Shown piece after piece: positions 48,343 through 58,434 of a stretch of 64,000 nucleotides of DNA. This stretch comes from a virus (lineage: Duplodnaviria > Caudoviricetes): IMG/VR virus record IMGVR_UViG_3300013121_000047, positions 32,001 through 96,000 of that record, one strand, 5' to 3'. Each line of letters opens with the position of its first letter. The stretch's first letter is position 1. Position numbers and translations under genes: made by a program. The notes beneath the pieces are model-generated. The model was given only the letters and a program-made list of their open reading frames with translations, did not search any database and was not told the origin of the DNA.

Positions 48343-50028
48343 TTATTTCTTCTCTCCTATATTTACCGTAGATCTTGTGTTTAATTGTTGTCTATTATCG
48401 TATATATGAAATTCTTCGTAGTCAGAAAATTCGTTCATTTTCAAATATGAACCATATAATGTAACTTTAATGTTTTTCGAAATTGAAAAGGTTACTCCGC
48501 TAGCAGAATTCTCTTTCCAAAAATTTACAGAAGCAGCAATCAAGTCAGTGTCTGCCACCAAGTTAATTCTGTCAAAAATTGGAGCCTGAAAGCCAAAGAT
48601 TAATTTATCTTCTGGAAATAAAATGTATGGTGTTTGACTAACTGCAACAGTATTGTACACTGCTGGCATAGTTTCGTTTGGTCCATATGCATTTACTATT
48701 GTGCTTGTTAACGTTGACTGTCCTCCCATTATTTGATAATTTAAATTTCTGGGAGAATAATCTTCTATACCAGAACGTGTTCCGTTTAACGTGGTTAATT
48801 TTTGAGAAAACACTCTATTGGTACCAAGCACATTATCCATAAAAAACATTGTATACAATGAATTAATATTTTTTGTTGGTTGATATGGATATAAACTCAA
48901 TTTACTTCCTGTTACGCTGTAGTAAATTTCTTTTGTTGGGCTAAGCGATTGATTGGAAATAAACAATTCAACATTTCCACTTACCGCTTGAATAGTAGCC
49001 GAACTGCTAGCCACCGTCGCTATCCTTGCAAAAGATACTAAATCTATAACTTGATTTCCTGTTTTATAGTATGACAACGAAGAATTCGTATATGGAGATT
49101 CTGGAGTGCCTGGAAAATTTGAAACAGGAGAAAAAAACTGAAAGTAATTATACGTACTTGGTTTTATAAACAACTCTGAATTTCTTTGATTTAAAATAAA
49201 AAATGTCGAAATTGCAACCGAAGTTGAATCAATAATTAAATTATCTGGAACAGCAAGTTCCATTTTACCAATTTCAACTTCAATTTTTTCTAATAAAAAA
49301 GGTTCAGTAATTGCTGATTTTAGTTCCAAATATGAACTTGAGGTTGCTGCATAAGTATTAGAGCTTGGAAATCCAAATTCGTTAATAGGAAGACCAAGAT
49401 TCAAATATATATCAGAGCTATTATATTTATTTTCTGCTGCTGTGATATTTTTTATACTTGGCCCAAATCCTATTGCTTTATTTGTAAAATAATCGCTAAT
49501 CGTTAACGAGCCGCTAAATAAATCCAATGAATTGCTTGTAATTCCTATATTTTGAAATGTTTGCTGTGTAAAATTGTAATAACCGAAAGGTGAGTCATCA
49601 GATAAATTTGATTTTAAAGAGACTACTCCATTTATGGGGAGTAGAATATCCATTCTGGTTTTATCTCTTAAAGGCTGATGAAATCCAGGCAACTGACTTC
49701 CTGTTAGATAATAAGAACCAGAAAATTTTGTTTCTTTAGTTGCGTCAAACGGAGGATTTGTAGCAGAATTTACTGTATAAAATATTTGAGTTTCTGCACC
49801 AAAAATAGAACGGCCAGGAGCACTAAGAGAAGTTGTCAATTCTCCAAAAATTCCGTTGGCTGTTAAAGGTAAGGTTGTAGGATAATTTATAGAAGCAGAA
49901 ACAAAATAGGAAACAGTTTTTGAGTCATTAAACGCACCAGAGCTGTAAAATGGCATCGTTTCTTTTATTTGTTTTAAATCATATTGATTTAATCCTTTTA
50001 CTCTTGATAATTTTCTAGGTCTGGTCAT
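48343..50028 (-). CDS. Hypothetical virion protein
   Basis: 561 aa Ser/Thr-rich ORF abutting its neighbours. Confidence 0.65.
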   Translation of the reverse strand: MTRPRKLSRVKGLNQYDLKQIKETMPFYSSGAFNDSKTVSYFVSASINYPTTLPLTANGIFGELTTSLSAPGRSIFGAETQIFYTVNSATNPPFDATKETKFSGSYYLTGSQLPGFHQPLRDKTRMDILLPINGVVSLKSNLSDDSPFGYYNFTQQTFQNIGITSNSLDLFSGSLTISDYFTNKAIGFGPSIKNITAAENKYNSSDIYLNLGLPINEFGFPSSNTYAATSSSYLELKSAITEPFLLEKIEVEIGKMELAVPDNLIIDSTSVAISTFFILNQRNSELFIKPSTYNYFQFFSPVSNFPGTPESPYTNSSLSYYKTGNQVIDLVSFARIATVASSSATIQAVSGNVELFISNQSLSPTKEIYYSVTGSKLSLYPYQPTKNINSLYTMFFMDNVLGTNRVFSQKLTTLNGTRSGIEDYSPRNLNYQIMGGQSTLTSTIVNAYGPNETMPAVYNTVAVSQTPYILFPEDKLIFGFQAPIFDRINLVADTDLIAASVNFWKENSASGVTFSISKNIKVTLYGSYLKMNEFSDYEEFHIYDNRQQLNTRSTVNIGEKK

Positions 50029-50904
50029 TTAATATCCTTTTAATCGATTTGAGTATGCTATACTATCAGTACCACAAATGTTATTATAAGAAGAGTATAT
50101 ATCTCTTCCTGCTGGCATTGATTTTATATTAAACTGTTTTCTAATATCGTCATCCCTTGAGTAATCTAAACTGGTTAAAGCATCTAAAAACGTAGCTGAA
50201 ACAGACGGGAAACTGTAAATATCTGCATTGTTTGGTTTTTCAACATATCCAATTTCGCGACGTTTTTCTATAGAACTAAACCCTTGAATGGTTATCCCAC
50301 CAAAAACTTCTTGTCCTGAATCTAGAAATGGTTTTACCGTATCTCCGCTACTATTAATTTTAACAAACTGTGCTATTTTTTGATTTCCATTGTTTATACC
50401 ATCTTTTGGTCCACAATCTACAGATCCATGTATTCCTCTAGAAAAGTAATTGAATTCTAAACTTGGTAAACGAAATGGGATTGTTAAAGGTTCTATAATA
50501 TTTAAATTCTGATTTGGCAACCCTCCGTTTAACTGAATTGGGAAAGGATAATTGTCCCTATTTGAAATAAACGCAACTGGATCAAATCTAATTTCTTGTT
50601 CTTTGTATCCCGCATCAGCTTTTGTTGAGGTAAAGGATAATGGTTGGCCTATTCCGACCATCGTTTCTTCTCGAAACCCATGCTCTAGAATTCCATTTTT
50701 AAGAATTGAACCTGCCCAAATTTTTGGTTGAGAGGTGTTATAGATATCATCTATGGTTCTCAATTCAATTCCTTGTCTTAAATTGCTGGATTCAGAAAGT
50801 TGACTCTGGATTAATGAAGTGCTATAATTTGTTCTATTGACTTTTAACGCAGTATATTCATTAAAAGGAGGATACGGATTAACAGGCAAAAAATTTATTG
50901 ACAT
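50029..50904 (-). CDS. Hypothetical virion protein
   Basis: 291 aa ORF abutting its neighbours. Confidence 0.65.
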   Translation of the reverse strand: MSINFLPVNPYPPFNEYTALKVNRTNYSTSLIQSQLSESSNLRQGIELRTIDDIYNTSQPKIWAGSILKNGILEHGFREETMVGIGQPLSFTSTKADAGYKEQEIRFDPVAFISNRDNYPFPIQLNGGLPNQNLNIIEPLTIPFRLPSLEFNYFSRGIHGSVDCGPKDGINNGNQKIAQFVKINSSGDTVKPFLDSGQEVFGGITIQGFSSIEKRREIGYVEKPNNADIYSFPSVSATFLDALTSLDYSRDDDIRKQFNIKSMPAGRDIYSSYNNICGTDSIAYSNRLKGY

Positions 50905-50905
50905 T

Positions 50906-53900
50906 TTAGAATTTTTTAATTACTCCATTTATTAACTGATTTAAAAGTTGATTTGAATTTGACGCAACGTTTGTTCTGTTTAAGTATTGATTATAAGACA
51001 TATACTGCACTTTAGATCTTTCAAGTAAATGAGGTTGAATAATATAATTTATTCCTTTAAATTTAACATTTTTTGATAAAAGCGAAGTAATAAAATTTGA
51101 TAAAGTTGAATTAAACCACTTATAAAATTCAAAATACGCTTTCAAATTCATTGGCGAAGTTAATCTATCAAAATAAAGTCTCCTTAAAGTTTCAAAGTCT
51201 GGATATTCTGTTGAATATAAATTACTTGGATCACCTAAAATATCATTCAATATTTCATAACTTCCAAACATATTAACAATATCATCATTTAAGACATTTA
51301 CTGGGCTAAAGTCTATGCTAACCTTTGTCGTATCTGCTGGTTGTTCATCCATTTGAAGTTCATAAACTGGTGCGCTTTCTATAAATGGATCGCTATAGTT
51401 TAAAACAGACTGTAAACTTCTAACTCTTACTTTGTTTTCAGTGATGGCTTCATCAAAAGATGAAGCCAGAGAACCAAATCGAATATTTCGTTTTTCGAAA
51501 ACTAAGGAACTTGTTGCAAATCCATAACCATAAAAATGTAAATTATTTTGACTAAAATCTGCCAATGTTATATTTCCATTACTATTTGACCAAGAAGTTA
51601 CTTGATCCATGTCAACTATTGCTCTAATTTTTTCAAAAGAACCAGATTGAACTCTTTCAAATTGGTTATTAATTAGTGGATTATCTGTTCCTATAGACTT
51701 AGGATTTCGAATATGTTCAAGTGTTTCAGATTCTGTTATGTCTTTTGACCAAAATTTAATTTGAGAAATTTTTCCATCAAAATAATTTGTTATGGAAGAA
51801 CTAGAAAGAAGTGACCCTGTAAAAGATGCACTTCCAAAACATAAATAAAGACCAGAAGAAACAAAAGATGAAGAAATTGGTTTATTTGAAAGTAAATTTG
51901 TGTTTACACTTCCCTGGGCGTCGTCATACCATAAAGATTTTGAATAATATTCAATTACTTGGCCTTGTAACTGCTTTCCAATTCTAATAAAATAAGACGA
52001 TGAAAGAGAGGAATTGTTTAATATAGAATCTGCTCGTTGTCGCCCGAAAGAAATATACCAAGGTTCATTATTAAATAAATTAAAAGAACCAGTAAGAGAC
52101 AACGACATTGATTGATCAATTGAAAAATTGCTATTAGGTAAACCTTTTAATATTAAAGAATTTCCATTTGTCGATAAATTGAAAAGAGTTGCTTCTTTAT
52201 TTGAAGCTGTGCAAAAAGTAGATAAACGAGCAAGAGACTGAGTAGTTGAAATATTTCCTGATAAAATATAAAATCCTTCAAAAGTCCAACTTCCAGAAGT
52301 TAAAAATCCATCAGAAGAAATTCCCGCAATTTGTGGATAACCTGGTTCTACTCTAGAAGAAGACAAGAAAGATGAACTAACAGAAGATGAAGAATTAAAT
52401 GAAAGAAAATTAAACTGTTCTTGTCTAACTTCATAAGATGAGTTTAATTTTCTTTGTATTGGTCCACCATATTCTTTAACTTTAAAAAAAGAATATGGTT
52501 CAATTCCTATTGATCGTAAAAATAAATTAATTGAATGCCTGGTTCCTTTAGAATTTAAAATATCATTGGCATTCACAAGAATTCTTCGCCATATTTTGTT
52601 TTGAATTTCTTTTAAAGATATCCCTAAATTTGATGAATATTCTGAGTCAATATTGTTTCCATATAAAAATTGATCAATATCTGAGTTTGGGAAAAAGTTT
52701 GGTAATGATATTCCATATCGTTTTGCAAGAAAATTTAAAAAATAATCTGAAATAATTTTGTTATCATCATATTCTACATGGATAAGATTACCAAATTCTT
52801 TTATAAAAATTTGTATTTCATCAAAAAAATCAGCGGTAGCAAACAATAAGCTGTTCAAAGTTTGGGTTGAGCCAAGCTCAACAGTCTTTGGCAAGGAGCC
52901 AGAAATGGTGTCAACTATATCGCCATCCTCTGTTCCAGAATCTGCCTGATTTTGCCCTTCCATAAAATAATGCGGTGGAATAAGATTTGTTATTAATGAA
53001 GGATTTTCCGAGTCATACAATGAAGCTGTCGTTAATAATAATGAACGTAGCGTTGAAACGGACTCGATATTTGAAAATAAAATTGGATTCAGCTCGGGCT
53101 GTTCGTAAATCAAAGGAGATGTTCCATAAGAACTTGTTGAAAAACTTCTTGATTGGAATGCTCCAAATAAATTATTTGAGCTATAGTCTAAAATTATATT
53201 TTTCGTTGTATTTTCTGGTTCGTTAAATTTATAGTATAATTTTAAGTCAGAATTTTGAAAAACATTTCGTTTATTATTGTTTACAATGAAATTTTCATCT
53301 AATTTCTTGTGCCAAATTCTTAATTCATCAATTCCACCAGTAAGGACAGAAGTGGGAATAAATGTTGCACCATTGTTAGAAAAAGAAGAGCCAGAGAAAA
53401 TTGTTAGATTTGCGTTGTTTATATCTAAATCTTTTATTTCTATTTTCTGACTAGTTGCTTGCTTATAGCCATTTAAATAAAATTCTATTTTATTTTCTCC
53501 ATCAGATCTATTCCAAACGTAGCATATATGGTTCCATAAGCCTTTTTCAATTGAGTTTGAAAGATTTAAAGAAAATGAACCAGAATTTATAGTTAAACCG
53601 ATCGAACAACTTGTTGTTGCTGCACTTGCACTCGACCATAAATTTATTCCATGCGAACCACTCGCTTTTTGTAAAATGATTTGATTTGAATTAGACCCAG
53701 TGGGGAGATATATCCAATTTTCTATACTTAAATCAATGGAGTTTGTTGGGTTTAAAATAGACAGCCCAGATTTATTTATGCTAATTTCTAGATCACCTAT
53801 TCCAGAATAATCTTTTGTTGTTATAAATCCGTTTCCTTCAGAATAAAAATATCCAAAATTATAAGGAAATTCATTAAGTATATATTTTTGATAACCAGAT

Positions 53901-54268
53901 AAAGAGTCTACGAAATTTTCATAGTCTTTTTTTGTTCCGTCAAATGGAAACTTATTTATAATTGTTTTAAAAGCTTCGTTTGTTTTAACTCTTGCAGAAT
54001 TAAAAAAAACATGTTCAGATAAATTTGACCAATCAACATTTAATTGCTGTGTAGAACGAATCCCAGACTCAAAAGGGTCATATCTATACGAAGATGTTGA
54101 GGCAACACTAATATTATCATCTAATAAAAACTGTTGATAAGTTGTACCACTGTTACTACTTTCATCATACGTTTTTGTATCAAAAAAATTAGGTTTTAAA
54201 GTAACCAATATGTTAGCGTTATTTTTGGACATATCACAATTATAGATATTTCCATATATTACTTTCAA
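50906..54268 (-). CDS. Baseplate wedge-like protein with two LamG-like domains
   Basis: IENWIY, WNHICYVW, IDELRIW, LYYKFNE; gp7-like ILNSKGTRHSI; second LamG-like GKISQIKFW. Confidence 0.75.
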   Translation of the reverse strand: MKVIYGNIYNCDMSKNNANILVTLKPNFFDTKTYDESSNSGTTYQQFLLDDNISVASTSSYRYDPFESGIRSTQQLNVDWSNLSEHVFFNSARVKTNEAFKTIINKFPFDGTKKDYENFVDSLSGYQKYILNEFPYNFGYFYSEGNGFITTKDYSGIGDLEISINKSGLSILNPTNSIDLSIENWIYLPTGSNSNQIILQKASGSHGINLWSSASAATTSCSIGLTINSGSFSLNLSNSIEKGLWNHICYVWNRSDGENKIEFYLNGYKQATSQKIEIKDLDINNANLTIFSGSSFSNNGATFIPTSVLTGGIDELRIWHKKLDENFIVNNNKRNVFQNSDLKLYYKFNEPENTTKNIILDYSSNNLFGAFQSRSFSTSSYGTSPLIYEQPELNPILFSNIESVSTLRSLLLTTASLYDSENPSLITNLIPPHYFMEGQNQADSGTEDGDIVDTISGSLPKTVELGSTQTLNSLLFATADFFDEIQIFIKEFGNLIHVEYDDNKIISDYFLNFLAKRYGISLPNFFPNSDIDQFLYGNNIDSEYSSNLGISLKEIQNKIWRRILVNANDILNSKGTRHSINLFLRSIGIEPYSFFKVKEYGGPIQRKLNSSYEVRQEQFNFLSFNSSSSVSSSFLSSSRVEPGYPQIAGISSDGFLTSGSWTFEGFYILSGNISTTQSLARLSTFCTASNKEATLFNLSTNGNSLILKGLPNSNFSIDQSMSLSLTGSFNLFNNEPWYISFGRQRADSILNNSSLSSSYFIRIGKQLQGQVIEYYSKSLWYDDAQGSVNTNLLSNKPISSSFVSSGLYLCFGSASFTGSLLSSSSITNYFDGKISQIKFWSKDITESETLEHIRNPKSIGTDNPLINNQFERVQSGSFEKIRAIVDMDQVTSWSNSNGNITLADFSQNNLHFYGYGFATSSLVFEKRNIRFGSLASSFDEAITENKVRVRSLQSVLNYSDPFIESAPVYELQMDEQPADTTKVSIDFSPVNVLNDDIVNMFGSYEILNDILGDPSNLYSTEYPDFETLRRLYFDRLTSPMNLKAYFEFYKWFNSTLSNFITSLLSKNVKFKGINYIIQPHLLERSKVQYMSYNQYLNRTNVASNSNQLLNQLINGVIKKF

Positions 54269-55842
54269 ACAACTTTAAATCTATAACCTAAATTTTTAAA
54301 GTAAATAGAATTATCTGAACTTGAGTTTTTCATAAATTCAAATTCATAAACTTTATTTTTTATTAAATTGTTCATATCCATATTAAAATATAATCCATTG
54401 TTATCATAAGATAGTTTAGTTGCTGAACTTTCTGTTGTAAATGGAATAACTTCATCTTTGGTATACGCATCTAATACTCTATAATATACGTCTTTACTTA
54501 AAAGTTGTTGTGAAGTTTCAAAACGAGAAAATTTAGTTATAGAACTAGGATTATTTGTTAACAAAACATCAAACCTTACCTGTTGTTGATTTCTATATTC
54601 TTGTTTGAAATTTAAAATTGAGAGAATCAGCGCGTTATCAATCGATCCACCAGAAAAAGTAGAATAGTTTTTAAATTTAAGCATAGGCCCTGCACTAAGC
54701 AGAATTTGACCGTCAGTAGATTTCCAGTATTGATTAAAATAAATTTCTTGTAGACTATTCGAATGGAAAGAAACAAACTCGGAACTATTATAGTCGATAT
54801 TTGCGGTGGAAAAATAGCTACCAGTTTGGTATTTTCCACCAATGCTAAGTTGAGAACCAGAGAATGACTGACTGTAATAAACTATTGACCTAGTATTATA
54901 CGATATACTTTTAGAGTGCGAGGTACTAAAAGAAGTTGTTGTATATGAAATTGATCTAGACGTTATGAGTGTTAATAGTAAACAATTAGACCCTGTTAGT
55001 TCGCTAGCACCAGAAATAAAATTTGAATATGACTCAAATTTCTTATTTTTAATACCAATTTTGTTTGCAAAGTTGAAATATAATTCAGTGTTGTTTTCGA
55101 AGTTCGTGTTATCAAATAGGCAGACTAACTTTGGTTGATATTTTTCTTTGTTTATATGTCTAGATGCAAATCTTTTTACAAAATATGTTTCTGTTCCGTT
55201 TTCAATTGAGGCAGAAAGTGCTATTCGAAATCCATTGTTTTGAATTTGACCAGAAAAAACAGCAGAAACAAATGGTGTAATTTCAGTGTATAAATCTTCG
55301 TCTCCCGATTCAAAAGTTACCTGTTTTTCAAAATTTGTATAAAAGTCAACGTTAGAATCTCCCAAGGCTCCACTTGCATTTGCTCCGCTTACAGACCATG
55401 TAGCAAAAGAGCTTCCATTTTTACTGGAAGTAAGCCAATTAACTGAATCTAAGTCTCTATATTCGATTACATCAAATCCTATTCCTTCAGAAAAACTTTT
55501 GGCAAGCGGATTAACTGTAATAGTAAAATTTGATGGTGTTTGATCTCCGCCATAAATATTTTTTAGTGATAAATAAACTTTAAATGTTGGATCTGTAAAA
55601 TCTAAATAAGAACTCGTTAGGGTCTGTAAGCTAGACAAATCAAAATAAATGAGTCCACGCGAAGATTCTTTCAAGCTTTGACTTAGTGCAGAACCAGTGA
55701 GGCCGCTAACAGCTGTTTCATTGTATAGATAATAAATATCCAAAGAGGAAGCTAATCCAGTATTTGAACGAATTTGTCTCTCACTGTTAATCCACTTGTT
55801 TTGTATATATGCATCTTTTGAAGCTTTTATGATTTTATACAT
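54265..55842 (-). CDS. Structural protein with DNRLRE-like domain
   Basis: ASKDAYI, SRGLIYFDLS, ITPFV, NNGFRI, FASR...PKL. Confidence 0.6.
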   Translation of the reverse strand: MYKIIKASKDAYIQNKWINSERQIRSNTGLASSLDIYYLYNETAVSGLTGSALSQSLKESSRGLIYFDLSSLQTLTSSYLDFTDPTFKVYLSLKNIYGGDQTPSNFTITVNPLAKSFSEGIGFDVIEYRDLDSVNWLTSSKNGSSFATWSVSGANASGALGDSNVDFYTNFEKQVTFESGDEDLYTEITPFVSAVFSGQIQNNGFRIALSASIENGTETYFVKRFASRHINKEKYQPKLVCLFDNTNFENNTELYFNFANKIGIKNKKFESYSNFISGASELTGSNCLLLTLITSRSISYTTTSFSTSHSKSISYNTRSIVYYSQSFSGSQLSIGGKYQTGSYFSTANIDYNSSEFVSFHSNSLQEIYFNQYWKSTDGQILLSAGPMLKFKNYSTFSGGSIDNALILSILNFKQEYRNQQQVRFDVLLTNNPSSITKFSRFETSQQLLSKDVYYRVLDAYTKDEVIPFTTESSATKLSYDNNGLYFNMDMNNLIKNKVYEFEFMKNSSSDNSIYFKNLGYRFKVV

Positions 55843-55844
55843 GT

Positions 55845-57695
55845 TTAAATTGCCGATCCTAAAATATCGTTAGTTTTATACTTTAATTCAAATATTCCAC
55901 CATTCGGAGGAAGAATAATGTTTTTCTTTGTATTTGCATCAAAATTATATGAAACGTTACTATAAGTTCTATCTCCAATCGTACCAGACAAGTTTGAAAA
56001 TTTTATATATTCCAAAGATAAAACACCTACATTATTATAAATAATATTAGTAATCTCAGAAATGTTGATAGGCTGATCAATTTGAAAATTATCAACATTG
56101 AAATATTTTTCAATTTTTTTGTTAATATTTTGGATTATGATTTGTTTATTTTGATTTTTAGCAATATGGACTTGATATTCAATCTTGAAATTTAAAATTT
56201 GTGCGTCTAAAATGTCAAACGAATCTGGGATTACTCTAAATTCATTTAGATATTTGCTTAAATTTTGTTTTAAAGTATCGTTACTTACTGTTAGTGTATT
56301 ATCTGAAGCTTTTGATATGACATATAACAGTGATGAATTATTATTCCATGGATTCGTTCTAATCCCAACTCTAAAAACTCTCCCAAATGAAGATGGCATA
56401 GTATATACTCTTGCAATAACATCTCTGATTTCAACTACTCTCGACTGTGCGGCAGCGAATGCTGGTATAAATGTTTTCAATTCATCAATAGTTAAAGCAT
56501 CAAGACCACCAGAAGCATCTTTTAAATTGTAAACCTTAATCGAATTTTTTACATAATTGGCATTTTCTCTAGAAATAGTTTCTGGAAAATTAATATATAA
56601 AGTATCAACGTTGTTAGATATTGAGTTTGAATTAACATTATGTCTTAAGCCCCCACCATATCGATAAGTTATTGTTACTGTACTATTTGGAACAACTGTC
56701 CCAAGTGTATTAGTTGAAAGTAAATTGTTTGGATTTAATGTTATGCGACCAAATGTTTGTTTTCCATATAAGGGCAAAGCAAATTTTGAAGGTTCTGGGA
56801 TTAAGTCATTATCTGTTGTTGCCGCACTTCCTCCGCCAAAGCGCAATGTAACTAATCCAGTTGACAAACTATTTTGTTTTGTAAACCTATACGGCGCAGC
56901 CTTTAAAAACAACGAGCTTTCAGATTCATCGCTATCACTCTGCAAATTTTCTTGTTTTAAAAACACCGTATCGTTCGCTAAATTTTCGACTTCGTAATAT
57001 TCGTTTCCTTCATTATCCACAACACTGATAATATCGGTTACGTTTTCATATGATAAAGTATATGTTTTAAATGGTTCAAATCCATTAAAAGTAAAAGAGT
57101 CAACAGCAGTTTGGCCAGAGATACATATCTCTGATAATTTCATTGAAAAAAATGTTGGATTATTGCTACTATCTCGCTGGGACACTTCAATAGTCGCTTT
57201 ATATTGATTATTTTTATCTTTTTTTGAAAAGTCTACATTTTTAGTTAAATTAAAAACAATTCCTTGTTTACTTGTTAAAATAGTGCCCTCATCTATTCGT
57301 ATTAAACAGGTTTCATCAACAGAATATCCAAGATTTGATCTAACCGCAGGTACTTCAATTTCAAATGTCACCTCTACAACAGAAGGAGTAGCACCAGTCA
57401 TAGGCACTCTATTATCTCTTAAATGTCTTTCAATATTCCTTGGTTCTACAGCTGTTTCTGGAGAAAGTTCATGAAATTGATGGTCCAAATAAAAAGATTG
57501 CGTGTCTCCAACCATTGAAACAACATCTAAAAACATTCCCATAAAACTCCCAATCGATAAATCTTTTATTTTATCAGAATAATATGTTCTGATATGTTTT
57601 TCCATTTCATTTCTGAATCCTTGGAAATCTTTATTTAAATACGAACGCGCAATAACCTGTTTTAAAACTTCTTTTTTTGATAGATCAGATGACAT
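55845..57695 (-). CDS. Baseplate wedge subunit, T4 gp6/baseplate J-like
   Basis: SYLNKDFQGFR, LRFGGG, YRYGGG, ASGGLD, QSRVV; adjacent to gp25-like gene. Confidence 0.88.
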   Translation of the reverse strand: MSSDLSKKEVLKQVIARSYLNKDFQGFRNEMEKHIRTYYSDKIKDLSIGSFMGMFLDVVSMVGDTQSFYLDHQFHELSPETAVEPRNIERHLRDNRVPMTGATPSVVEVTFEIEVPAVRSNLGYSVDETCLIRIDEGTILTSKQGIVFNLTKNVDFSKKDKNNQYKATIEVSQRDSSNNPTFFSMKLSEICISGQTAVDSFTFNGFEPFKTYTLSYENVTDIISVVDNEGNEYYEVENLANDTVFLKQENLQSDSDESESSLFLKAAPYRFTKQNSLSTGLVTLRFGGGSAATTDNDLIPEPSKFALPLYGKQTFGRITLNPNNLLSTNTLGTVVPNSTVTITYRYGGGLRHNVNSNSISNNVDTLYINFPETISRENANYVKNSIKVYNLKDASGGLDALTIDELKTFIPAFAAAQSRVVEIRDVIARVYTMPSSFGRVFRVGIRTNPWNNNSSLLYVISKASDNTLTVSNDTLKQNLSKYLNEFRVIPDSFDILDAQILNFKIEYQVHIAKNQNKQIIIQNINKKIEKYFNVDNFQIDQPINISEITNIIYNNVGVLSLEYIKFSNLSGTIGDRTYSNVSYNFDANTKKNIILPPNGGIFELKYKTNDILGSAI

Positions 57696-57709
57696 AACAG
57701 TTCTAAATA

Positions 57710-58177
57710 TTACGTTGTAAATAACTCAATTTTTATAAAAGCATTATAAATTTCTAATTTTGGGACAACGAAATTTATAAGAATGTCAACTTTTGTAACT
57801 GAATCATACGCATTTCTGGTTGCTTTTGAACTAAAACCTTTAAGATCAACATAAGGCATATAATCTCGAACTGCTGTTTTAATTCGAGACTGAACTTCAT
57901 ACTCAAAATTATCTACACTTGAGTAATCAAGCACCACTTCTCTTAAATTTGCACCAAAAAAATAACGTCCAAGTCGTTCGCCGTGGTTTGTTAGCAATAA
58001 ATTTTTTAAATTATCTTTAACAACTTCTGCAATATCGGTTGTCGTTTCAAAAAAAGTTTCACTTGAATCACTAATTGCAAGTGGTGTTAAAATTCCAATA
58101 GGAGTTTCGGAAACAGTAGGATTAGTTAAATTTTTTGTATCATAAATTTTATAGCCAACGTTTTCAAAACTTATCAT
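57710..58177 (-). CDS. Baseplate gp25/GPW-like protein
   Basis: NLKNLLLTNHGER...FGANL...YMPYV. Confidence 0.9.
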   Translation of the reverse strand: MISFENVGYKIYDTKNLTNPTVSETPIGILTPLAISDSSETFFETTTDIAEVVKDNLKNLLLTNHGERLGRYFFGANLREVVLDYSSVDNFEYEVQSRIKTAVRDYMPYVDLKGFSSKATRNAYDSVTKVDILINFVVPKLEIYNAFIKIELFTT

Positions 58178-58186
58178 AATAAATAA

Positions 58187-58432
58187 TTATCTAACTTTAG
58201 TAAATTGTGTAAATGTAGGACCAGGAATAGGTACTCCTGCTGGAGCAGGGCACGTAATTGAAGTTGTTATTGTTAACAATCTTAGTCCTATTTGTGCTTG
58301 AACATATTCATCAATGGTTGACGCCAAATTTTCTGCCATTTGTTGTTTTATTTGTTCTGCAGTTTGTTGAGAATCTGTTGGTTCTTGTGATAAAATTCTT
58401 AATAATTTTTGTTTTAGTTCTATTTTATTCAT
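58187..58432 (-). CDS. Small baseplate-module protein
   Basis: MAENLASTIDEYV helix; lies between gp5-like and gp25-like genes. Confidence 0.55.
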   Translation of the reverse strand: MNKIELKQKLLRILSQEPTDSQQTAEQIKQQMAENLASTIDEYVQAQIGLRLLTITTSITCPAPAGVPIPGPTFTQFTKVR

Positions 58433-58434
58433 TG

